Below, in pieces: positions 1-9,469 of a stretch of 64,000 nucleotides of DNA. The translations under genes and the position numbers were made by a program. Within the stretch, counting starts at the first letter, position 1. Each line of letters opens with the position of its first letter. The stretch lies in contig CAZNAA010000001.1 in NCBI GenBank assembly GCA_964571255.1, positions 136,134 through 200,133 on the forward strand, read 5' to 3'. The notes beneath the pieces were generated by a model. That model was not told the origin of the DNA and searched no databases. It saw only the letters and a list, made by a program, of their open reading frames with translations. Source of the stretch: an uncultured Gammaproteobacteria bacterium (lineage in GTDB: Bacteria; Patescibacteriota; Microgenomatia; Levybacterales; UBA12049).

Positions 1-1
1 A

Positions 2-700
2 GAAGAAATTAAAAAAGTAGCTAACGAACAAAAAGCAAAATCATCAGCTAGGTTTTTCAAAACCAAAAAAGGACAATATGGAGAAGGAGATACATTTGTT
101 GGAGTAACTGTTCCTGTCTCTCGAGATATTGCAAAACAATTTAGAGATCTACCACTGAATGAGATAAAAGAATTATTGTACTCACCAATTCATGAAGAAC
201 GTCTTATCTCACTTATTATTCTTACGCTTCAAATGAAAAAAGCTTCGGAAAAAAAGAAAAAAGAGCTAGTAGAATTTTATCTATCTCACACGAAACAAAT
301 CAATAACTGGGATTTAGTCGACACTTCAGCACATAAAATAGTAGGGGAGTATCTCTGTACTCATCCTGAAGAAAAAAAGATATTAAAAGTCCTTGCGACA
401 TCCTCTCTTCTTTGGGAGCGGAGAATTGCGATGGTTGCAACTTTTGCTTTTATTTACAAGAAAGAATATAAAGAGGCATTTGAAATTGCGCAAATGCTTC
501 TGGGAGATACAGAAGACCTGATGCACAAAGCAGTTGGATGGATGCTTCGAGAAGTGGGAAAAAGGTGTGGGAAAGAGGTACTAGTTGGATTTTTACATAC
601 TCACTATAAAAGTATGCCACGAACGGCTTTGCGATATGCCATTGAGCATTTTCCAGAAGAGGAAAGAAAAGCGTATTTACTAGGAAAAGTAGAGAACTAA
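2..700 (+). CDS. DNA alkylation repair enzyme (AlkC/AlkD-like HEAT-repeat glycosylase), 5'-partial
   Basis: The frame is open from the window edge. Upstream translation reads ...SARFFKTKKGQYGEGDTFVGVTVPVSRDIAK..., matching the conserved DNA_alkylation family signature. The listed ORF only begins at an in-frame TTG. Confidence 0.7.
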   Translation, partial: EEIKKVANEQKAKSSARFFKTKKGQYGEGDTFVGVTVPVSRDIAKQFRDLPLNEIKELLYSPIHEERLISLIILTLQMKKASEKKKKELVEFYLSHTKQINNWDLVDTSAHKIVGEYLCTHPEEKKILKVLATSSLLWERRIAMVATFAFIYKKEYKEAFEIAQMLLGDTEDLMHKAVGWMLREVGKRCGKEVLVGFLHTHYKSMPRTALRYAIEHFPEEERKAYLLGKVEN

Positions 701-703
701 GAT

Positions 704-1201
704 TTAGGCAATGTCGCTAAAAAGGGAGGCGGGAAAAGATTTCTCTACTGCTTCAATATGATGAGCAAGGGTGTGTGGTTCGAGATAGGTTTCAAAATCT
801 TTTAAATCAACGAGTGCATATTTATCACTCTCTGGATTAAGAACAATTGTTCCTTCAATTTTCACAGGATAGTATCGTGTTTGGTGAATTGCATCTCCAA
901 GACCATAGGTAAACGATACTTCAGTATAGTCTCCCATAGCTACTGTTTTTACCCCTAGTTCTTCCTGAAGTTCTCGATGCATAGTTTCGATATCAGATTC
1001 ACCAGCATCCACTGTTCCATCAGGAATATGCCACACACCAGGTGCAACACGTTTGGTCATACTTCTTTGACATAAAAGGATTTTATGATCAGGAGTGATG
1101 ATAACTCCTGCTACTTCATGTCTTGTTACGGGAGGATGATTGCCTCTTTCATAGGGAACTACTTGCATAGAGAAATTATTATAGCAAAAGAAATTACTCA
1201 A
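704..1201 (-). CDS. NUDIX hydrolase
   Basis: Nudix box GTVDAGESDIETMHRELQEELGV (GX5EX7REUXEEXGU). Confidence 0.8.
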   Translation of the reverse strand: MSNFFCYNNFSMQVVPYERGNHPPVTRHEVAGVIITPDHKILLCQRSMTKRVAPGVWHIPDGTVDAGESDIETMHRELQEELGVKTVAMGDYTEVSFTYGLGDAIHQTRYYPVKIEGTIVLNPESDKYALVDLKDFETYLEPHTLAHHIEAVEKSFPASLFSDIA

Positions 1202-1235
1202 AACAATATTATAGGGTTAGAAGAAGAGAAAGGCT

Positions 1236-1323
1236 TGGCGGAGGGGGGGGGATTCGAACCCCCGGATTCTTGCGAATCGATTGTTTAGTAAACAATTGCA
1301 CTCGACCACTATGCGACCCCTCC
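1236..1323 (-). tRNA. Type-II (long variable arm) tRNA, Ser-like with discriminator G73 and encoded CCA. The apparent anticodon is ACU.
   Basis: Hand-folded cloverleaf: acceptor GGAGGGG/CCCCTCC, D-arm with GG, anticodon stem ATTGT/ACAAT with loop TTACTAA, 16-nt variable arm GATTC/GAATC, T-arm GGGGG-TTCGAAT-CCCCC, then G-CCA. Confidence 0.7.
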
Positions 1324-1369
1324 GTGCTACAATACCTATTATAACTTTTTGTAGCTAAAAAGACCAGAT

Positions 1370-1774
1370 ATGAGTGAGAATAATACTATCTTTACGGTAG
1401 GGCTCAAAGCCTTTATAGAACATGAAGGAAAACTTCTCGTTTTATGGAGTAATGAGTATGGGATTGATTTTCCAGGAGGACGAATAAAAGATGGGGAGGA
1501 TAATTTAGAGAAGTCGTTGCAAAGAGAAGTAAAAGAAGAAACAGGATTGTTAGTTGAAGTTGGAGAACCTCTCATTAGTTGGATATTTACCCAACCTTCA
1601 GGACATAAGATTTTTAGCGTAGGGTATAAATGTAGCGCAACATCGCAAAAGGTAATACTTAGTCAGGAACATGAAAAATATTATTGGGTAGATAGGAAAA
1701 GTTATAAAAAGCTTTTAAAAAAAATTCTATTTGATATTGATACAGTAGTACTGAAAAAATATTTTAATGAGTAA
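1370..1774 (+). CDS. NUDIX hydrolase
   Basis: Nudix box GGRIKDGEDNLEKSLQREVKEETGL. Confidence 0.75.
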   Translation: MSENNTIFTVGLKAFIEHEGKLLVLWSNEYGIDFPGGRIKDGEDNLEKSLQREVKEETGLLVEVGEPLISWIFTQPSGHKIFSVGYKCSATSQKVILSQEHEKYYWVDRKSYKKLLKKILFDIDTVVLKKYFNE

Positions 1775-2105
1775 ATCAGGTTTTGTCACGTATATTCTTG
1801 AAGAAGTCCTGGGAGAGCTTCCGGGAATTACATCCCGTGCTATGTTTGGAGGATATGGAATCTATAAGGACGGAGTAATTACTGGACTTATTGCCGATGA
1901 TAGGTTTTATCTTAAGGTAGGGGAGAGAAATAAAATGGATTATGAGGAGAAGGGAAGTACTCCTTTTACTTACTCAGGAAAGAATGGAAAGGTATATACA
2001 ATGAGTTACTGGGAAGTTCCCTATGATATAATTGAGGACAAGAGAGAATTAAAAGAGTGGGTTGAGAAGGCATACAGAGTCAATATTGACTCGAAGAAAA
2101 AGTAA
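1767..2105 (+). CDS. TfoX N-terminal domain protein
   Basis: The N-terminus LEEVLGELPGITSRAMFGGYGIYKDGVITGLIADDRFYLKV resembles the TfoX/Sxy N-domain. Confidence 0.55.
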   Translation: MSKSGFVTYILEEVLGELPGITSRAMFGGYGIYKDGVITGLIADDRFYLKVGERNKMDYEEKGSTPFTYSGKNGKVYTMSYWEVPYDIIEDKRELKEWVEKAYRVNIDSKKK

Positions 2106-2121
2106 GGATCATACTATACCT

Positions 2122-2754
2122 ATGACTGAGGAATTATTACGCTATATCTCCCAAGCCAAAGCAAAAGGAGTAAAAGAGGAAGAAATTAAAAACAAGCTTG
2201 TAGCTCTAGGGTGGGAAGAAAAAATAGTAACAAATATTCTTAACGCATCAGAGAATGATCTTACTCCACCAGCTCCTCCATTAAATGGGAAAGCAATTTG
2301 GGATGCTTTTGAACATATCTTACTTTTTATCTCACTCATTTTAGTTTGTGTCTCATTTATGAACCTTTTCCATGCTTTTGTTGATGGAATTTTCCCTGCA
2401 GTCCAGACAGATCGATTTATTAGAAGCGATTCCTGGAACCATACCCGTCTTACGATTTTTGGAGCAATTTTAATTGTTTCTTTCCCTTTATTTATTGGTC
2501 TTTTTATCGATATCAAAAGACGCACTCTGAGACTTCCTTTTCTTGCAGAGCTTAAAGCAAGAAGAGTATTGACCTATCTCACTCTCATTATTGCCTTTAT
2601 TGTCATGATGTATAACGCCATTTATCTTGTGTATAACTTCTTAGATGGAAATGTAACTACGAACTTTTTGATTAACTTTGCCATAACGATAGGTATTTTT
2701 GGAACTGTATTCTTTTACTATTTGTCCCAAGTCAAATCAGATAGAGTGAAATAA
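2122..2754 (+). CDS. Hypothetical membrane protein (soluble N-terminal domain plus 4 TM helices)
   Basis: The ATG at 2122 avoids overlap with the upstream gene. Hydrophobic segments are present. No recognisable catalytic motif. Confidence 0.5.
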   Translation: MTEELLRYISQAKAKGVKEEEIKNKLVALGWEEKIVTNILNASENDLTPPAPPLNGKAIWDAFEHILLFISLILVCVSFMNLFHAFVDGIFPAVQTDRFIRSDSWNHTRLTIFGAILIVSFPLFIGLFIDIKRRTLRLPFLAELKARRVLTYLTLIIAFIVMMYNAIYLVYNFLDGNVTTNFLINFAITIGIFGTVFFYYLSQVKSDRVK

Positions 2755-2758
2755 ATCT

Positions 2759-3598
2759 ATGCGAAATACTTATCTTGCACTCCTTTTACTGACTCTTATT
2801 GCTATTGCCACTATTTGTGGAGTATTTATCAAAAACGGACTTCCAATCTCCAGACAAGCTTTGGCGCTGGATAATACGCGAATTCAAGACTTTAGCACAA
2901 TTTCTTATGCAATTGAATCGTACTACTCACAAAATGGAAAGTTACCTGAAAAGTTAAGTGAGGTAAGTTTAACTGGTCCGTATAATGACATTAAAGATCC
3001 TCAATCAAAAGAACCATATGGCTATATTGTCAGAGGAGAGAAGGAATATCAACTTTGTACGACCTTTTCTACAAGCTATGAAGAAGCAAAGAAATATGAC
3101 TCAACTATAAGTTATTCTTTTCCTTCTTCCCAATCACAGAAAGATTTTAAGTATAAAAAAGGGTATTCCTGTATTACCTATATGATCCCATCAACTGTTT
3201 ATCCTTATAACTCGACTCCTGTCTGGACTTCCCCAGCTAGTACGCCAACTCCTACAAAACCTCTCTCAAAAATTACTTCCCCAGCCAAAAACGACGTATT
3301 GTGTGTTGAAGACAATAGGAGATTAATGTGGTTTGCAACAGGAAAGGGGGATCACAAGATAAATATCACGCTTCTTTCTCCATCAAATGTCGCTTACGCA
3401 ATAGCTGAAGTAAATATTCCCCATGAGAACGAGGAAGAAATGATGGATGAGTATACTTGGCAACTTCCGGATACGATGAACAAGTTAAAACTGAATCCTG
3501 AAAAAGGATTTAAAATAACTATTGCCGGAACAAATAATGGGAAAACTTATGCCTATACAAGTGAACCTTTTGAAATTAAAGATTGTTATACCTATTAA
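2759..3598 (+). CDS. Hypothetical secreted or membrane-anchored protein
   Basis: N-terminal hydrophobic anchor LALLLLTLIAIATICGVF. The remainder is Ser/Thr/Pro-rich. Confidence 0.45.
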   Translation: MRNTYLALLLLTLIAIATICGVFIKNGLPISRQALALDNTRIQDFSTISYAIESYYSQNGKLPEKLSEVSLTGPYNDIKDPQSKEPYGYIVRGEKEYQLCTTFSTSYEEAKKYDSTISYSFPSSQSQKDFKYKKGYSCITYMIPSTVYPYNSTPVWTSPASTPTPTKPLSKITSPAKNDVLCVEDNRRLMWFATGKGDHKINITLLSPSNVAYAIAEVNIPHENEEEMMDEYTWQLPDTMNKLKLNPEKGFKITIAGTNNGKTYAYTSEPFEIKDCYTY

Positions 3599-3637
3599 TT
3601 TTTCCTTTCTCTCTACTTTTTGGTAAAATAAGCTACG

Positions 3638-4594
3638 ATGAAACCTGAATACACTATTATTCTTTTTTATAACTATATATCAATTGAGAATCCTGAAAGA
3701 TTCTGTAAAGATCAAAAAACTCTCGCACAGAAGCTAAACCTTACGGGAAGAGTTATTATTGCCTCAGAAGGAATCAATGCAACCTTTGAAGGAAAAACAG
3801 CAGATATTGAAATATATGTAAAATCCCTTCTCTCTCTTCCTGGATTTGAAAAAGTTCATATCAAAAGAAGTAAGGGGGTAGGAAATGCCTTTCCAAAACT
3901 TTCCATAAAAGTCAGATCTGAAATTGTCTCAACTCATTTATCAGAGGATGAGAATATAAATCCAACCAAAGTAACAGGAAAATATATTACTGCAGAGGAG
4001 CTTCACTCCTGGCTCCATCCCCGAAAAGGTGAGAGTAAAGAATTCTATATTATCGATATGAGAAATGACTATGAGCAAGAAGTAGGACATTTTGAAGGAT
4101 CAGTGTTTTCAGGAATGAAGAATTTTTATGATATCAAAGATACTCCTAAGCAAGTAGCACACCTAAAAGACAAGACAGTCGTTACTGTTTGTACTGGAGG
4201 AATTCGTTGTGAGAAAGCTTCAGGATTTTTAGTAAAACATGGATTTTCTGATGTCTATCAGCTGTATGGAGGAATTGTTACGTATATGGAAAAATATCCA
4301 GGGGAAGATTTTTTAGGAGCCTTATATGTATTTGATAATAGACTGGTTATGGGTTTTAACATGGATGATCCTAAAAGAAAGATTATTGGAAAATGTGCTC
4401 AGTGTTTAACTCCTTGTGAGAACTTTATTAACTGCTCAGATAACTTTTGTCACAGACATTTTATTGTATGTAAAGACTGCTTAGAGGAAAAAGAAAGTAT
4501 GCTTTGTCCTATGGGGTGTTTAGATTATTCTCAAGATGTACCGTATCTAAGATGGAAAGAGTCTCAAGAAAAAAAACAAATTCTTTCTTTATAA
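3638..4594 (+). CDS. trhO: Rhodanese-domain protein of the TrhO/YceA (UPF0176) family (tRNA U34 hydroxylase)
   Basis: The N-terminus ILFYNYISIENPERF...GRVIIASEGINATFEG, a central rhodanese Cys loop (VCTGGIRCEKAS) and a C-terminal Cys-rich tail are typical of YceA/TrhO. Confidence 0.75.
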   Translation: MKPEYTIILFYNYISIENPERFCKDQKTLAQKLNLTGRVIIASEGINATFEGKTADIEIYVKSLLSLPGFEKVHIKRSKGVGNAFPKLSIKVRSEIVSTHLSEDENINPTKVTGKYITAEELHSWLHPRKGESKEFYIIDMRNDYEQEVGHFEGSVFSGMKNFYDIKDTPKQVAHLKDKTVVTVCTGGIRCEKASGFLVKHGFSDVYQLYGGIVTYMEKYPGEDFLGALYVFDNRLVMGFNMDDPKRKIIGKCAQCLTPCENFINCSDNFCHRHFIVCKDCLEEKESMLCPMGCLDYSQDVPYLRWKESQEKKQILSL

Positions 4595-4972
4595 GGTAGA
4601 GAGTAGTTGATCTAACTCCTTAAAATCTTCATTTAACTGTTCTGCCTCAACAATCACAGGTACTGAGGTTGAACTGACCTCATTGGCAGTTGCTACCGTT
4701 TGGGCACTAGCTCCTGCTGTTGGAGTGACATTAGTTTGCAGAGTAACTGGAGTAGTACTAGTTGGCTTCATTTGTGTTGAGAGATAATACCATGCTCCTC
4801 CTCCTGTGAGGCTTAGAACAAGCATAGTGACAAAGAAAATCCCAAAGATAGTTCCAAGATGACTTTTTGGTTCCGGAGGAAAGATAGGGGCTTGTTGTTC
4901 AACTGGAGCTTCAGTTACTGGTGTAGCTGGTTGTAGTTGTTCTGTTGGTGTTTGTTGTGTGTTTGGATCCAT
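4589..4972 (-). CDS. Hypothetical Thr/Pro-rich single-TM protein
   Basis: Low-complexity N-terminus with one TM (IFGIFFVTMLVLSL). Only weakly supported. Confidence 0.35.
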   Translation of the reverse strand: MDPNTQQTPTEQLQPATPVTEAPVEQQAPIFPPEPKSHLGTIFGIFFVTMLVLSLTGGGAWYYLSTQMKPTSTTPVTLQTNVTPTAGASAQTVATANEVSSTSVPVIVEAEQLNEDFKELDQLLSTL

Positions 4973-4977
4973 ATTAT

Positions 4978-5775
4978 TTATTGTGCACTTTCAGATGCAG
5001 TTGGAACTTCTCGTGATTCTCTTAATTTTTCTAATTCCTGTGCAGCTAGTTTTATACTGTCACGTGCTGCTTTTACTTTTTCTTGTGTAGATTTAAGATC
5101 TGTTTGTAACTGTTTTACAACAGTACTAAAGGAAGATTTTAGCCTGGCTTCGGTAGTAACTGTTGCTACATATTCTTTTCCAGCTTGGGTAGTAATTGCA
5201 GCCTCAGCACTAGCTAGAGCAGTCTGAGCATTTTGAATAGCGGTATCAAGAACAGTCGTATCTTGTCCTGCTGCTTCTGCTTTATCTGCAAGCTCAATAA
5301 TTTTTGTTAAAAAAGTGCTTAGTTTCTCTATAGATTCAGACATTCTGTCTGTTTGATTTTTATTGATGGCTGCTAAGCGTGTATCTAAATTTTCTGCAGC
5401 CATTTTTTTCTTTTCATCCTTTACTAGTTCTAATTTGTTTTTTAATTCTTCTCGTTTCTTATCCATTTCCTCTTTAATTTCTTCTCTTTTTTCCTCAATC
5501 ATTTCCTTCAATTCTTTTCTTCGTGTTTCTATATTTGTTTTTATCTCTTCTCTTTTTTCTAGTCGTTCTTTGATAATTGTAGGTCTGAGAAGCTTACTGG
5601 TTGGTTTCTCAATTGGTTTTAATTCTCGAAGTTCATCCTCATATACAGGATCAGTTGTGGTTGTATTAGTCTCTAGTGCAGAAACAGGAGAATAGGAGAG
5701 GAGAAAGACAACAAGAAGAGCAATACCGGTTTGTTTCATCTCTTTTAGAGTAGAATCATTTTTTTGTATTGTCAA
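4978..5775 (-). CDS. Secreted coiled-coil protein
   Basis: Signal peptide (MKQTGIALLVVFLLSYSPVSA) followed by a K/E-rich heptad-like repeat region. Confidence 0.45.
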   Translation of the reverse strand: MTIQKNDSTLKEMKQTGIALLVVFLLSYSPVSALETNTTTTDPVYEDELRELKPIEKPTSKLLRPTIIKERLEKREEIKTNIETRRKELKEMIEEKREEIKEEMDKKREELKNKLELVKDEKKKMAAENLDTRLAAINKNQTDRMSESIEKLSTFLTKIIELADKAEAAGQDTTVLDTAIQNAQTALASAEAAITTQAGKEYVATVTTEARLKSSFSTVVKQLQTDLKSTQEKVKAARDSIKLAAQELEKLRESREVPTASESAQ

Positions 5776-6200
5776 GTATAGGGGAGTATAATAGGAGTAT
5801 GTCTGATGCTAAAAACAAACCTCAGGATTATTGGAAAGAAAAATTAGATGAAGAGCAATTTCGAGTTCTCAGATGTAGTGCAACCGAGGCTCCGTTTAGT
5901 GGGAAATATTGGAATAATCACGAGACAGGAATGTATCAATGTGCTGCATGTGGACAAGAATTATTTTCATCAGATGCAAAGTTTGAATCCGGAACAGGCT
6001 GGCCAAGTTTTGATGATACCGTGAACAAATCCCACATTGAACTAAAAGAAGACGATGCGTATGGTATGAATAGAACTGAAGTGGTATGTAGTAACTGTGG
6101 ATCTCACCTAGGTCATTTATTTACTGATGGTCCAGCTCATACCACAGGACTTCGCTATTGTATTAATTCTGCCTCATTGGACTTTAAAAAGAAAGAATAA
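5769..6200 (+). CDS. msrB: Peptide-methionine (R)-S-oxide reductase MsrB
   Basis: Two CxxC zinc motifs (CAACGQ...CSNCG), the GWPSF motif, and the catalytic RYCINS Cys. An alternative start is at 5799. Confidence 0.85.
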   Translation: MSSIGEYNRSMSDAKNKPQDYWKEKLDEEQFRVLRCSATEAPFSGKYWNNHETGMYQCAACGQELFSSDAKFESGTGWPSFDDTVNKSHIELKEDDAYGMNRTEVVCSNCGSHLGHLFTDGPAHTTGLRYCINSASLDFKKKE

Positions 6201-6247
6201 TTTCCTCTACTCTACATTTTTCCAAGAAGTTGTTATAGTACAAATAT

Positions 6248-7123
6248 ATGGATATTTCTCAAGCGTCAACATATGCGCATCTTTCAGCTAAATGGGTTGA
6301 TAAGCATAGAAAAAGATCTGAAAGAGTTCTTAGAAAACATAAAGAGACTATTGATAAAGTTTCTCATCAGGCAAAAAAAACATTGGTAGGAAGTGGTGCA
6401 GGACTTCTTCTTTTGGCAACTCCTGCTCAACCTCTTACTTTCCCTGATCTTCCTAAAATAGAAAAAGAAGTGTTTGTCGAAAGGAAAAGTTTTTTTATCA
6501 ATGATTTGAGAAGTGTATTGCCTGAGCAGATGCGTCCTTTGACCTCTGAGGAAGAGGAAAAGATTGAAGGAATTTTAAAACAATATACAGGAGTAAGTGT
6601 AAAAACAGAATTGGAAGGGAAGAAATTGAATAGAACGTACGGGCTCATTGGAGCAGAGCAACATCTGGCTAGATACCCAGGAGATACTATGGCAAGTCAT
6701 TTTGATTCAGCAGAAGATTCACAAAAATACTACAGTTCAGGAATGGCACCAGGGCTTGGAGCGTATGGATACTTTGCGTATAGTAAATATGAGTTTACGC
6801 AGGAGGATAACCTACGGGAAAAATATTATATTGCTGTACAAACTTTTTTATCAGAAGACTTTTCTACTCGATTCAGAGAATATATGGAGTTTTATAAGTA
6901 TCGAAAAATGCTTTTGGTAAACCCTGATAATGGAAAATCTATGGTTGTTGATATTGCTGATTCTGGTCCTGCTGCTTGGACTGGAAAGCATCTAGGAGGT
7001 GCTCCTGAAGTAATGAAGTATCTGGAGCGAGTAGATGGGAAGCAAAGAGGAGCAGTACTGTATTTTTTTATCTCTCCAGAAAATGAAACAATTCCTTTAG
7101 GACCACTGGAGTTGGTAGAATAA
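6248..7123 (+). CDS. Hypothetical protein
   Basis: Long ORF with a hydrophobic N-proximal segment. No motif recognised. Confidence 0.45.
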   Translation: MDISQASTYAHLSAKWVDKHRKRSERVLRKHKETIDKVSHQAKKTLVGSGAGLLLLATPAQPLTFPDLPKIEKEVFVERKSFFINDLRSVLPEQMRPLTSEEEEKIEGILKQYTGVSVKTELEGKKLNRTYGLIGAEQHLARYPGDTMASHFDSAEDSQKYYSSGMAPGLGAYGYFAYSKYEFTQEDNLREKYYIAVQTFLSEDFSTRFREYMEFYKYRKMLLVNPDNGKSMVVDIADSGPAAWTGKHLGGAPEVMKYLERVDGKQRGAVLYFFISPENETIPLGPLELVE

Positions 7124-7127
7124 TTAT

Positions 7128-7460
7128 ATGAAAAGGAAACAAAAACATTTTTATAGTCACATTGTAGAAACGGATACACTTATTTTTGAGTTGAACAAGC
7201 TTGATTTATCACAAAGTGAAAAGCATCATTTGATTGAGTTGATTGATTCAAATCTTCACCATGCTATCTTAGAAGAAATTCTAACCCATTTAGATGATGA
7301 GGAAAAAATAACCTTTCTTGAGCATATTGCAGAGGGAAAATATAATGATATTTGGCAGCTTCTTGAGAAACGAATTGATGGAGTAGAGTCAAAAATTGAA
7401 ATGATTGCTGAGGAAGTAAAGAAAGAACTACAAGAAGATATTGATGAGATAAAGAAATAA
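7128..7460 (+). CDS. Hypothetical acidic protein
   Basis: ORF tightly packed after the upstream gene. Acidic and helical. Confidence 0.4.
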   Translation: MKRKQKHFYSHIVETDTLIFELNKLDLSQSEKHHLIELIDSNLHHAILEEILTHLDDEEKITFLEHIAEGKYNDIWQLLEKRIDGVESKIEMIAEEVKKELQEDIDEIKK

Positions 7461-7523
7461 CTTCGTACGTGGAAATAAGAAAGAGATAGCTCACTAAGCG
7501 AAGGATAGTTATCCGCTATACTA

Positions 7524-8645
7524 ATGAGTATGGATAAAAATCTCCCCGAAACACCTTCTGAATCTTCATCAATATCTCTTTTAGAGAGAAAGAAAAGAAG
7601 AGTACTGATTATTTCTCTTTGTATTCTCGTTGGTATTCTAGGAATATTGTTTCTGAGAAATAATAACTCTTATCTTTCACCTTCGCAAACGACTCAAGTA
7701 AGTCAAGAAGGTAGTCTTTTATCTACTCCTTTTCTTTTTCAAGAAATGACGATTCCGTATTTAAGAACTAAAATATATGAGAGTTCTTTAGGAGAGGTAA
7801 CTCCTGTAGATACTCTTGGAGAGTATACCTCCTATCTTACCTCATACGTTTCTGATAGATTTAAAATAAATGGATTACTAACAAAACCTAGTGGAGAGAA
7901 ACCAAATGGGGGCTGGCCAGCAGTTATTTTTGTTCATGGATACCTTCCTCCAAGTAGCTATCAAACAATAGGGCAAGCATACTCTGCATACGTGGATTAC
8001 TTAGCGAGAAATGGATTTGTTATTTTTAAAATTGACTTGAGAGGACATGGAGACTCTGAAGGAGAACCTGGGGGATCTTATTATTCAGGAGACTATATTG
8101 TTGATGTATTGAATGCGTACAGTGCTTTGCAGAATACTGAGTTTGTGAAAAAAGATGGAATTGGAGTATGGGGACATAGTATGGCTGGGAATGTACTTCT
8201 TAGAACAGTAGTTACTAAACCTGAAATCCCAGCTGTGGTTGTCTGGGGAGGTGCTGTATATACCTATACTGATATGAGAGAGTATGGAATTCAAGATTCT
8301 AGTTATCAGCCACTACCAACTAACTCAAGCAGAACGAATAGAAGGCAGCAACTTTTCAATACCTATGGACAAGTAGATCCTGAAAGTGAATTCTGGAAAC
8401 AGGTTATTCCTATCAACTATTTATCAGATTACAAAGGAGCAATTCAGCTGCACCACGCCGTTGATGATAATGTCGTAAGTGTTGAGTACAGTAGGGGGTT
8501 AGTGAAGTATCTTGAGAAGAATAATGTGGTGCATGAATTATTTGTGTATCCTACTGGAGGACATAATATTAGTGGAGATAGTTTTACTCAGGCAATGGAG
8601 CGCACTGTGACATTTTTTAGAGAAAAACTACTTGCAAAGGAGTAA
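7524..8645 (+). CDS. Alpha/beta hydrolase, S9 prolyl-oligopeptidase or dienelactone-hydrolase-like
   Basis: Nucleophile elbow GHSMAG, a downstream His (PTGGHN), and an N-terminal TM anchor. Confidence 0.65.
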   Translation: MSMDKNLPETPSESSSISLLERKKRRVLIISLCILVGILGILFLRNNNSYLSPSQTTQVSQEGSLLSTPFLFQEMTIPYLRTKIYESSLGEVTPVDTLGEYTSYLTSYVSDRFKINGLLTKPSGEKPNGGWPAVIFVHGYLPPSSYQTIGQAYSAYVDYLARNGFVIFKIDLRGHGDSEGEPGGSYYSGDYIVDVLNAYSALQNTEFVKKDGIGVWGHSMAGNVLLRTVVTKPEIPAVVVWGGAVYTYTDMREYGIQDSSYQPLPTNSSRTNRRQQLFNTYGQVDPESEFWKQVIPINYLSDYKGAIQLHHAVDDNVVSVEYSRGLVKYLEKNNVVHELFVYPTGGHNISGDSFTQAMERTVTFFREKLLAKE

Positions 8646-8666
8646 TAAGGGGGTATAATACAGGAA

Positions 8667-9296
8667 ATGAATAGAAACCTTCTTATTGCACTAGCTGTTC
8701 TTATTCTTCTCATTATTGGAGGAGGATATCTTTTCTTGAGTTCTAATAAACAACCCTCCTCTATTGGAGAAGCTCAAGACAAAATGATGGGAAAAAGTGG
8801 GGAAGTGACATCTTTAAAGAACCTTTTGAACTCAAAAAATAATCAACAGTGTACCTTTAGTGATTCTGAGGCACAAACGAGTGGAACTATGTATATCTCA
8901 GGAGGAAAAGCTCGAGGAGATTTCTCATCTGTTGTTGATGGTAAAACAGTTGCTTCTTCCATGCTTTCAACGGGACAAGAGATATACATCTGGATGGACA
9001 ATTCTCCCACAGGATTTAAAACATCCCTAGATGCTATTGAACAAGCACAATCTCAAATGCCCCAGTCTGTAGATATTAATAAAGAATCTTCTTATACTTG
9101 TTCTCCCTGGTCTCCAGTGGATTCATACTTTACTCCTCCTAGCTCAATTACCTTTACAGACTATTCAAGTATGTTTAAAAATGCAGGAAATGCCTCAGGT
9201 GCTCCAGTGATTGATAAAGCTACTATGTGTGCTGGATGTGATAACCTTACTGATGATGCTCGAACAGAATGTCGTACTACGCTTCAGTGTAACTAA
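8667..9296 (+). CDS. Hypothetical secreted Cys-containing protein
   Basis: Signal anchor LLIALAVLILLIIGGGYLFL and multiple Cys residues in the C-terminus. Confidence 0.45.
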   Translation: MNRNLLIALAVLILLIIGGGYLFLSSNKQPSSIGEAQDKMMGKSGEVTSLKNLLNSKNNQQCTFSDSEAQTSGTMYISGGKARGDFSSVVDGKTVASSMLSTGQEIYIWMDNSPTGFKTSLDAIEQAQSQMPQSVDINKESSYTCSPWSPVDSYFTPPSSITFTDYSSMFKNAGNASGAPVIDKATMCAGCDNLTDDARTECRTTLQCN

Positions 9297-9469
9297 CCTT
9301 TTTTATCTGCATATTTCATAAACTTTTTTAGTTTTTCTTCTCTTGTATTTAAGAATACTAACCTTATTATGCGAGAATAAAAGAGCCTATCTTTGGCTAA
9401 GTATATATAAAAAGTGAGTATGATTACCTTGGTAGAATTCTACTATTCTAATATGTAATACTAAATGAT

